A stretch of DNA of 64,000 nt from Epiperipatus broadwayi. Taxonomy: Eukaryota; Animalia; Onychophora. The translations under genes and the position numbers were made by a program. Positions 34,050 through 44,751 of this stretch are shown here, in pieces. The notes below the pieces were generated by a model. It was not told the origin of the DNA. It was given only the letters and a program-made list of their open reading frames with translations, and ran no database searches. Within the stretch, counting starts at the first letter, position 1. Every line of letters begins with the position of its first letter. The DNA lies in contig JAQFVV010000009.1 of NCBI GenBank assembly GCA_028023455.1, forward strand, positions 6,138,001 to 6,202,000, given 5' to 3'.

Positions 34050-36857
34050 TGCTGATCTGACCAGTGACAGTATTAACATAGGATTTGAGTTTATATCTTT
34101 AGATTCTCAAACATCGAATTTTAAGGTAAGTGCTCTAACCAATTAAAATATTCTCTCAAAGGCAACAGATAGTAGAAATGTCATATATTTATAACTAAGG
34201 GTTGGTTCAAATTTTTCTGAATCCTTTAATATTTTTTTTAATTAATATTTTTTCTAAGAGCAAAATTAATTAGAGGCTTCCATACATTATGTATTACCCA
34301 CTGGGTTAACTTATAGGATTATTTGCTATTGTCATATGAGCAGCTAATTTCTGTTTTGCACCTTTTTCTTTCTGTTATTTTTGTATTTTCCCAATTGAAC
34401 ATATGGTCATTATTGCATATATATTCTACTACTGTAGACACATCTGTTTTTTCTCTTTTAACTATTAGTTTATGTTCTTTCAATTACTATTCAACAGAGT
34501 AGCAGATCTCATCAATATACTTTGATATTCACATGTTATTTTATAGATGTAGTTTTTGTTCATCAGTATTTCCAGTTTAGGCTTGGTAGAAGTTAGAATT
34601 CATCAAGGTGTGATGTAGGTTAGGAAAGCTGTTCTAATGATATACTGACTACAGATTTTTTTAACTTGTCTGCGATTCCTGGTATATATGGATAGCCTGC
34701 AGTACCAATAATTGTTTTTTGTGTGGCTCTTTTTATTGTCTATTAAAGGTTTTTTTCATGACATATGATGGATAACACATTCTTTATGAAAGTTTGTTTT
34801 GTGTAAATCATTTAATTTTTCAAATCACTGGTTTCTGAACAAACTTCCTTTGCTCTATTCCATAGTGATAGTATAACTCCTAGTGCTCCTGATATGATTG
34901 GATTTATATGCCAAGTACTTGTCAGTGGTTTCCTATATACTGTTGTTTTTACATTGTCCTAAGGGAATCTTGTCACAAGAACATCTAAGAATGTTAGTTG
35001 TTCTCACTCTGATTTTATTGTGAATTTAATTGAAGGAGATATGTTGTTGATATGCATCCAGAATAACTAATTATGCCTCACCATGCAGCTATATCATGAA
35101 TGTATCCTCAACATAGTGAAGCCACACTTTAAGCACATATGTAGTATTTATGGCTGTGGTTTTAAGTTCTCCCATGTAAGTGTTACTAAGCAAGGTTTAC
35201 TTTGGTGATGCAATGGCCAGTTTTTGATTTTGTTGGAAGAATTCTGAGTTATATTGAAAATACATTGTTATGCAGATTGTTAATAATTCCATTATACTAT
35301 CAGTAGGCAGAGTTGTTCTAGTTTTTAGACTATTATCATATAATCTTTTCCTTACAATAGATAATGCCTCATCACAAGGTACATTTGTAAATAGACTTTC
35401 CATGTCAAAGCTTACCAATATATCAGTTCTTTCCATTTTCATGTACTTGACTAATTCTACAAAGTGCTTAGAATCCCTTATGAAGAATTGTGTCTTGTAT
35501 GCCAATGTACTAAGAACTTATGAGAAGAAATCTCAATAAATTTTTAGCTAGTGAATTTCTAGATCTAACAATAGGTTTTAATGGAATATTATCTTTATGG
35601 ATTTTAGGTAGTCCATATAGGTGAAGAATATTGCTGAAATACGAAGTTAATTTTTTTTTTCTGAATCATTGAAATACCTGTGGTGCTTTTGTAATTTTAC
35701 CTCTGTACTTGGAATTGGATTTTTTGCTACTTTTTTGTATTAGCCTGCTGTGAGAAGTCCTTGTATTTTGTTATCATAATCAGATTTTACAACTGTAGTT
35801 GTTAGCAGGAAGAATAATTATAGATGTATCCTGTTTGAGAGATTTAATTTTTTTTCTCTCATCATATGAAATGTTTGATTTCTGCTTTTGATGTCTCTCA
35901 AGTGTCTTTTTAACTCTCCAGCATAATTTTGCTGCTTCCAGAGGCAATTTTGGGGTAACTTCCTCAGTGGCTGCCATTATATCCAATAATGGGACAGTAG
36001 ATGGCAAAGTTCAAACTCTTTCCAAGAATAAATAATTCAGCTTCAGTAAGTGTTTAAAACTAAGATTTTTCACTGTTGAAGCTGATAGATTGCTAGTTGC
36101 AATATGACTTTTGACTTGCCCATGTAGATTTACAAGCTTCTTCTGATATTCTTTTATCCTTCCATATAATTTACAACATGCTCTTTTCACTGCTTGACAA
36201 ACTCTTGAGAAATCTTCATCTGTAAGTTTATTTTCTAGAAAATATTCCACATTTCTAATAGTTCATGAGGTTTAATACTTAGACAACCATTGAACATTTA
36301 TTCTTTTTCTCAATAAAACCTCATTTGCCCTCTGAATAATCTCAGTTCTTTTGGAGGAAGTAGGAGGTTCTAATTGCAAATCCTCTGATTTACATTCACA
36401 TATGATTTTCTGTTTTAGCCCATTTTAGAGAAAAATTATTTCCCTGAAGGTTTGTGATAATGGTATATTAGATATGATAATATGTTGGACTATTTCCATC
36501 ATCTATCAGTAGTAATTGTTGAATGTATAGAAAATTTTATTTAAACTTTTCAAATACAAACAACTTAGTAATAACACACAAATAGACAACACCAGTTATT
36601 AATTACTCTATGCTTCAATTAGTAGTATTCTCCACTCTTCTTCAGGTGTTGCTGTTCTGATCAGTGACAGTATCAGCATAGGAGTCAAACTTACACCTTT
36701 AGATTCTCAAATTTTGAAGCAAGCACTCTAACCGAGCTGGTTGAACTTACACCTTTAAATTCTCGAATATCAAATTTTAAGGCAAGCATCTAACCAACTG
36801 AGCTCAGTTGGTTAGAGTGCTTTCCTTTAAATTTGATATTTGAGAGCTGTTGCCTTT

Positions 36858-36945
36858 GACAGAATAGCTCAGTTGGTTAGAACACTTGCCTTAAAATTTG
36901 ATATTTGAGAATCTAAAGGTGTCAGTTTGAATCCTAAGCTGATAC
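36858..36945 (+). ncRNA. tRNA-derived segment (A box + B box) inside family C pLTR; not a functional tRNA
   Basis: GACAGAATAGCTCAGTTGGTTAGA...ATCTAAAGGTGTCAGTTTGAATCC. Also at 37018-37100, 40607-40690, and on the minus strand at ~34075-34165 and ~36680-36805. Confidence 0.75.
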
Positions 36946-37165
36946 TGTCACTGGTCAGACCAAGAATACTTGAAGAGTGGAGAATACTACTACTTGAAAC
37001 TTTGTGTAATTACTAACAATAGCTCAGTTGGTTAGAACACTTGCCTTAAAATTTGATATTTGAGAATCTAAAGGTGTCAGTTTGAATCCTAAGCTGATAC
37101 TGTCACTGGTCAGACCAAGAATACTTGAAGAGTGGAGAATAATACTACTTTGTGTAATTACTAAC
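36863..37165 (+). repeat. 155-bp tandem duplication of tRNA-head + HHR module
   Basis: AATAGCTCAG at 36863 and 37018; the units are near-identical. Confidence 0.9.
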
Positions 37166-37329
37166 CTATGTTGTCTATTTGTGTGTTATTACTAACAAAA
37201 TGTTTGTATTTAAAATTTTCTATACATTCAACATTTATTAATAGATGATGAAAATAGTCCAACATATCACATTTAGTATACCATCATCACAAATCTTCCG
37301 GTAAAACTAAGTACTTGGTATGGACCTAA

Positions 37330-38160
37330 TGATATGTCTAAGTTTAGACATTATTAAAAATTATTTCAAAAACTGGCTAAAGTAAAAAAAATCATTTAAC
37401 TTTTGATGACTTCCTTGGTATGGACTATTGAGAAGGAAGAACATTACAATATCAAATTTTTAGATTTAAACATCCAAAGACAGAACAATGTATTGGATTA
37501 TAGGATGGAATTGAAGCCCCTAAATGTGAGAGGGATCATACATCCTAAGTCTATAACACCCTGATCCCATAAATACATGGGACTTAAAGATTTTCTTCAC
37601 AGGAACTGGAAATTATGCAAGTTTGAAGCAGATCAGAAGAAAAAAAAGAATTATATATGAAAGATCTAATTAATATGGGATCTAATAGTAAAAAAATAAA
37701 TTCAGTAATAGCCAATTTCTATAGCAAAATTATACACCCCTTAAATATCCAATCTGAAAACAAAAAATGAACTAGTCTTCCTTATGTGTCTAAAGTTGTG
37801 TGAAAATAAAGAAAAATATGTATTGATAAATACAACATCAGTTTTTGGTTGCCTTTATCTTTAAAAATTGTTAAACAATTTGAAATATAAAATAACTAAA
37901 GAGCTGCACACCTAGTAATGTACAAAATTGTGTGGAAAGATTCAAATTGCATAAAGGCTAACTTATGAAGAAACGAGCTAACCTATCCACAAGACTGGCC
38001 CAGCACAATTATCTATAAACTGGCTTTTAGATCATGAGGTACAATCAGGCCACAACTTTTGTATTTCTAGGGCTAATATTGTTTGTTCTGAGAAAGCTAA
38101 AGATAAGCCTGCCATAAATAAAAAGAAACTAGCACCCTTCTTTCTAAAAAAAAAAAAATT
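37330..38160 (+). pseudogene. Third-family PLE fragment (RT C-terminus + GIY-YIG)
   Basis: WTIEKEEHYNIKFLDL, LPYVSKV, VMYKIVWKDSN, RANLSTRLAQHNY, HEVQSGHNF. Frameshifted. Confidence 0.75.
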
Positions 38161-38413
38161 GCATCTGTAACTGCCAGTACAGTTATAAGAATGTAAATTA
38201 ACTTCTAAAATTCAATTTTGTGATAATTTGATCTTTAATATACAAAACAATCTAAAAGTGAGAGTTCAACAAACCTTAATTGTATAATGCTATGATTATG
38301 ATATGTTTTAATATTGAAAGTGCTTAGCTGAATAAAATAAATATTTGTAACATGAAAAAAACCTGTTCTGCTATTAAATGTATAAACATCTACTAATTTA
38401 TTAACTTTCTTTA

Positions 38414-40895
38414 TATAAATGTAAATTGGAAGGGATTATTCCTATGGATTTGCACTTAAAACCTCCCATTTCCTCCGAGAGAACTGAGAAGATTATGCAG
38501 AGAGCAAATGGGGCCTTAATTGAGAAGTTTTCCAAGTATCAAATCTTGCATTCTATTAGAAATGTGGAATGTTTTCTAAAAAATAATCTTACAGATAAAG
38601 ATTTCTCAAGAGTTTGTCAAGCAGTGAAAAAATCATATTGTAAATTCTATGGAAGCATAAAAGAACACAGAAGAAGCTTGTAAATCTAGATGGACAAGTC
38701 AATAGTCATACTGCAACTAGTAATCTATTAACTTCATCAATGAAAAAAATCTTAGTTCTAAACACCTTACTAATGCTGAATTATCTGTTTTTGGAAAAGG
38801 TTTATGCTTTACCATTACATGATCTACTGTCTCCTTATTGGATATAATGGCAGTCACTGAGGAAGTTACCTAAAAGTTGCATCTGGGAAGAAACAAGAAT
38901 TACACTGGAAAGTTAAAAGAATACTTGAGAAACATCAAAAGGAGAAATCGAACATTTCATGTGATAAGAGGAAAGCTATTTAATCTCTCAAACAGGATAC
39001 ATATATAATCATTCTCTCACTAATGAAGCTGACACTACAGTTGTAATGGATAATTCTGATTATGATAACAAAATACAAGGACTTCCTCACAGCAACCCAA
39101 TACAAAAAAGTAGCAAAAAATCCAATTCCAAGTATAGAAGTAAAATTACAAACATTACTCCTGAAGCATCGCAGGTATTTTAGTGATTCAGAAAAAAGGA
39201 AATTAATTTTCTATTTCAGCAAGATTCCTCACCTATATGGACTACCCAAAATCCATAAAAACAATGTTCTATTAAAACCTATTGTTAGTTCTACAAATTC
39301 ACAGTGTCAAAATTTGTCGAGATTTTTTCCCGAAGTTCTTAGTTCATTGACATATGTGACAATCTTTTGTCAGGGTTTATAAGCATTTTGTAGAATTAGT
39401 CAAGGACATGAAAATGGAAAGAACTGACATATTGGTCAGTTTTGCTATAGAAAGTCTCTTTACAAATGTACCACATGGTGAGGCACTATCTATTGTAAGG
39501 AAATGGCTATATGATGATAATAATCTATAAACTAGAACAACTCTACCTATTGATAATATAATGGAATTATTAATGTTCTGCATAACAACAACATACTTTC
39601 AATATAACTTAGAATTCTTCCAACAAAATGAAGCAATGGCCATTGGATCATCACTGTTACATTTGCTTAGCAATATTTATATTGAAGAACTTGAAACCAC
39701 AACCATATATACTACTCTGTGTCTACCATCTAAACTGTGGCTTTATTATGGTGAGGCACAATTACAGTCATTCTGGATGCATATTAACAACATATCTTCT
39801 TTAATTAAATTCATAATGGAATCAGGATGAGAACAAAAAATGGCATCCTTAGATGTTCTTGTGACAAGACTCCCTCAGGGCAAAGTAAAAACAATAGTAC
39901 ATAGGAAACCAACATACTATAATGGCAAGTAAAGGCAGATTGTTCAGAAACCAGTGAGTTGAAAAATGAAAAGATTCACATAGAACAAACTCTCATGAAG
40001 AATGGTTATCCATCAGCTGTCGTCAATAAAAATCTTTAATACACAACAAGAAGGGCCAACAAAAAAAACAATTATTGGTACTGTAGTAGATTCATACATA
40101 CCAGGAATGGCAGACAAGTTAAAGAAAATCTGCACTCAGTATAACATTAGAACAGCTTCCACCAAGCCTAAACTGGAAATGCTGAAGAATAAAAACTGCA
40201 TCTATGAAATCCCATGTAAATGTGGAAATATATTGATGAGACCTGTCATTCTGTTTAATAGCAATTGAAATAACACAAACTAATGGTTAAAAAAAAAAAA
40301 ATAGATGTGTCTACAAAAGCAAAATATGTATGTATTAAGATCATATGTTCAATTGGGAAAATACAAAAATACTGTATAGAGAAAAAAAGGTACAAAGAAG
40401 AAAATTCAAGGAAACTGCTCATATGACAATGGCAAATAATCCTATAAGTCAACCCAATGTGGTATTACACAGTGTATGGAAGCATCTAATTAACCTTCCT
40501 TTTTGAAAAAAAATATTAATTTTTAAATAAAAAATTGAAGGGCTCAGGAGGATTTGAACCAACCCTCATATATAAATATTTGAAATTTCTACTATCTGTT
40601 GCCTTTGACAGAATAACTCAGTTGATTGGAGTGCTTGCCTTAAAATTTGATATTCAAGAATCTAAAGGTGTAAGTTTGATTCCTGTGCTAATACTATCAC
40701 TGATCAGATCAGCAACAACTGAAGAAGAGTGAAAAATAATTCTACTCAAAACATTATGTAATTACTAATCTGTGTTGTCTATTTGTGTGTTATTACTAAC
40801 AAGTTGTTTGTATTTGAAAAGTTTAAATAAAGTTTAAAATTTTCTATACTTTCAATATTTACTGATAGATGATAGAAATAATCTAACATATTACT
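38414..40895 (+). mobile_element. Decayed Penelope-like element (family C copy 2): ORF + 3' pLTR
   Basis: PHLYGLPKIHKNNVLLKPIVSS, QQNEAMAIGSSL..LLSNIYIEELE, NCIYEIPCKCG, HMFNWENTKIL..RKFKE. The pLTR at ~40540-40895 matches copy 1. Confidence 0.93.
40715..40759 (+). ncRNA. Degenerate hammerhead in family C copy 2 pLTR
   Basis: ACAA-CTGAAGA-A-GAGT...ACTC-AAAA-CA-TT-ATGT (G12 mutated). Confidence 0.65.
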
Positions 40896-41370
40896 AAATC
40901 ATGGTTATGTGTTGTAAAGTTAGACATACTCATCTATGATTAATCTATTTTCTAGTAACTAATTGAAATACACACAACCAAATAAAATATCTATAACTTA
41001 ATTTACTTTTACATATACACAATGTATATCCAAATACATTATAGATTGTATAATTCTTATACATTACTTACATAAGTATGTATACACATTTTGACTATAT
41101 TTAATTATAAAACAGCAGTCTATTAATTTTAATTATCATCTAGATTTCCAAAATAATGTTATTATCTTTATGACTATGCATTTATTTATGCTTTTATAAA
41201 CTTGAAAATATTTATACACAAAATTTCATAACTATAAATTGATATTTTCTAAACTTTTTAAATTTTAAAAATAATAATAATAATTGTTATTACATAGATT
41301 ACTTTGTAATTTATTAGTTATATATATTACATCTTTGATAAAAATATTTTGCTTACATTTTTGAACTTTT

Positions 41371-41852
41371 TATATTTTTTTTATAATGTAAATTTCCATA
41401 TACCATTTATTTTATTCCCATGTTCTTTTATAGTTTTATATAATATGTATACTGTATTGCCTTGCAGATATTTATGTACATGAAGTAAACATAGATTTTT
41501 CATCATAATGTTCGATACGGGTTTAAGAAATTTTTATTCCTTCCTTTAAAATAGTAAAGGTATTCCTTACAATATCTATTATTTAGTAATTAATATTTGG
41601 AAACAACAGATTATATTTTTTTATAATGTAAATTTCCATATACCATTTATTTTATTCCCATATTCTTTTATAGTTTTATATAATATGTATCCTGTATTGC
41701 CTTGCAGATATTTATGTACATGAAGTAAACATAGATTCTTCATCATAATGTTCGATACGGATTTAAGAAATTTTTATTCCTTCCTTTAAAATAGTAAAGG
41801 TATTCCTCACAATATCTCTTATTTAGTAATTAATATTTGGAAACAACAGATT
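41371..41852 (-). repeat. 240-bp tandem duplication, possibly a GIY-YIG fragment of another PLE
   Basis: Two near-identical 240-nt units. Minus-strand text GRNKNFL..YR and WYMEIYIIKK weakly resembles a GIY-YIG C-half. Confidence 0.8.
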
Positions 41853-44646
41853 GTTACCTCTTCTGAATTTAATATATATAAATCAATATTCTAACTTTTT
41901 CTTTTTAAATCTTGTTTTTATATGACTCTGAATTCTATAATTGCAATCACTGTAATTTGAAAATTCAATCCCATTATTTATAATTACGTAAATTAAACGT
42001 ATGGACAGTTAAATAAATTGTGTAGCTTATATTTATAAAGTTTAAATAATTATTCAAGTTTATTGACTAAAAACATTTTTTTTAATATTAAAAAAGAAAT
42101 CCCTCCCCCTTAAAAAATTGAATTAAATGTTTCAAAAATCTGTCTCCATTCATTAGATACAATGATTTCAAGAAAGTTTCAAGTTTATAATGATTCATAC
42201 TTTTAAAATATTTAAAATAAACGTAATTATTTATTTACTTATCTGCATTTATGCAAAAATATATGCATCGACACATTTAGGGCTGTCTCGAGCTATAGGT
42301 ACATTAGGCAATCACCTAATGTGCAAAAATTTAAAGGTACCACAGCCAGCATCAATTAAAGGGAAATATTTATCAATTATCTTAATTAGACATGTATACA
42401 TTTAAAGCTGTCACAAAGTTAAAATTTAAATATGAAAAGTTGATTTTATTTTGTCTATTGTTTTCTTATGAGTTTGTCAGAGTGCCAAATACTCTTGGTT
42501 ATTCTAAATCAGTTATCTGACATTAAAGAAAAATTTAACATAGAAATTGAAATAATATTAGTATTCTTATAATTTTTTTACCTTTATTTTTTAAGCATCA
42601 AAATATAGCTTCAATATATATTTACACATGGGATTTTCTAATACATTATTCACCCTATATTGTTTTAATAAACTCTTTACTATTGCAGCTATTTTGTTCA
42701 AGAAATATTTGCTGCAATTAAATAGATTATATCAGTTCAATTAGTAAGTCAGTTAATTAAAAATTGATTAATTTTTATTGTAGCTTGTGAAACATCAAGC
42801 AACAAATGACTCATACAAACATTTAGTTTAATGAAAGTCAATTTGTAGTTTTTATTCTTCGCTAATAAGTAGTCTTTATATAATTATTTTCAGTCATTAG
42901 AAATTCACTGCAAAGTGATGTATCCAGATTTATTTCAGTTCCTTCTAGCCAGAGCTTCTCTATTTCACTCCAGAAAACTTTTTTATTTCAACCATTCATC
43001 TCACATGTGATCTCCTCTAGGTTTTTAAAAGTCTTTTAGGATCTAGTTTAAAAACTTAAACTGTCTATCTATTTTAGCAAAATGTCCAATCGAGTTTCAT
43101 TTCAGCTTTTTAATTCTTTCAGCAATGTTAATAATATTATATTAGCCTTAAAAAAAAATGCACTGTAATGTTCAATAAATTTATGAATGTTTTTTCATCT
43201 TTAATATATAATAATAAGTCTTGTGATTTTATGAATCTGATGAAATGTGAAAGCAGTTTGTTCAAAAAATACTTGTCTTTGTCAGTGCAGTTAAGAATTT
43301 TAATAGTAAATAACACTCTTGGAGTTGCTATGTTCTTGAAATTGTTTAAATTATATATTTTGTGTTTGGATTTATTTGTACATTTTTATAAAGTTTAATA
43401 TAAGATAAATAATTTATATGAATATATGCTAAGTTTTCTGTTTAAAGATAGATAAGATCAAGAACTTATATATATATAAGGCATTTGTTTAAAAGAAACC
43501 AGTAGCAGCTAATATCTAATTATTAGGTTTTTTTATTAAAATATTTTTCAAATAAAATTTTATTTCATTGATTTTAAAAGTCATTGTTTCATTTTGTTCA
43601 CTTCACACTAGAATACATTTTAAAACTTGTCTAATCAAATGATCTTCTAGTTTAAACTATTTTAGTTTTGTTTACTTTTCAATCATCTTTAGAATTCCTT
43701 TGATACTGCCATGTTTAAACTTAATCAAGACTGTTTAATATATATGTTGAACTTTTCATCGACTAAATCATTGTAATAGTATTACTTCTTTGGATCTTGT
43801 CTCTATTTGTTCTCTATTGCAAATGTAATTAAGTTGAGAGATTTGCTTAACAAGCTTTGAGGGAGGAAGATTTTTAATCCTTTTTAACTCTAATTCATTC
43901 AGGAATATTTTTCATTTGAAAATTTAATTTAAAAAAACTCTGTCATCTTTAATATATTATGTAAATTTTATGTAATTTTCAGTAATGAATTATAATTTTA
44001 AATGAATCAAATTTAAGAAAGATATGACTTTATATATTTATTAAACCAAATGTTCACAATGCTTAATTGAAATAATATTTGTTTATTTATGATTAAATAG
44101 TAAAAATGTAATATTAAATAAGTAAATATAACAATCTAAAATACTTTATTATAAACGTTTTCAAACTTTTTTAAAGGATTGTTTGAGATTCTCAGAATAT
44201 TTAAATATGCAATATATATATATTATATAAATTCACCACTATTTAAAAACATAATGTGTTCTCTGAAAATATTGATAAGTCGGATTTGTTAAAAAAGAGT
44301 AATTTTTGAAGCATAAAAAAAATTTGAAATTGAAACTGACAATTTATTATTATAGATGTAAAAGGTTTATTTTTCAAAAATAATAGGTTATGTATTTTTG
44401 AATAGTCTTATGTAAATGTTCTAAATCAGGACAAACTTGAGAGCAAGGTGACTAGCACAAATATTTATATAATAGCCAATTTTATTTCCAATTATTTTTT
44501 AGTTTTTTTAAACAATGAGATGAATGCAAACCATAAATTGGCCCTAATAATGTATGAAAAGAAAGGGAATACTAAGAGAAAAATAAAAGAAATATGATTC
44601 ATTATAATTCAAAATGTAAAATGGATGAACATTATAATAAATAGTA

Positions 44647-44751
44647 TTAATACATTGTACAGGCTTAAACCTGCATTTATATATGTAATATATGCGGGAT
44701 TCGAACTCAGACTTTCACACGACCCACTACTCTTAGAGCCATCTCATATTG
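44647..44751 (-). mobile_element. Family A2 3' fragment (no HHR)
   Basis: Reverse complement of 24577-24681 with few differences. Confidence 0.9.

Larger units (their letters stand above)
33849..37301 (-). mobile_element. Near full-length decayed Penelope-like element (family C copy 1): inverted pLTR / pLTR / RT-EN ORF / pLTR
   Basis: Direct pLTRs ~33849-34230 and ~36445-36802; inverted pLTR 36803-37301. ORF fragments VKNLS, KSNIS.DERK..K.LK.D.SIIILPA, LVSFDMESLFTNVP, NISPSIKFT, VYRKP and a GIY-YIG remnant. Confidence 0.93.

Noticed and set aside
36858-36945. Functional tRNA gene
   Set aside because: No proper acceptor stem, an expanded anticodon region and a mutated B box; it is repeated as part of a pLTR.
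34330-40480. In-frame TGA codons as selenocysteine recoding (known in some Naiad PLEs)
   Set aside because: These elements have C-terminal GIY-YIG, and the ORFs contain many TAA/TAG stops and frameshifts, i.e. ordinary decay.
43215-43240. CTGATGAAATGTGAAAGC hammerhead-like word
   Set aside because: No pairing for stems I, II or III; a chance match.
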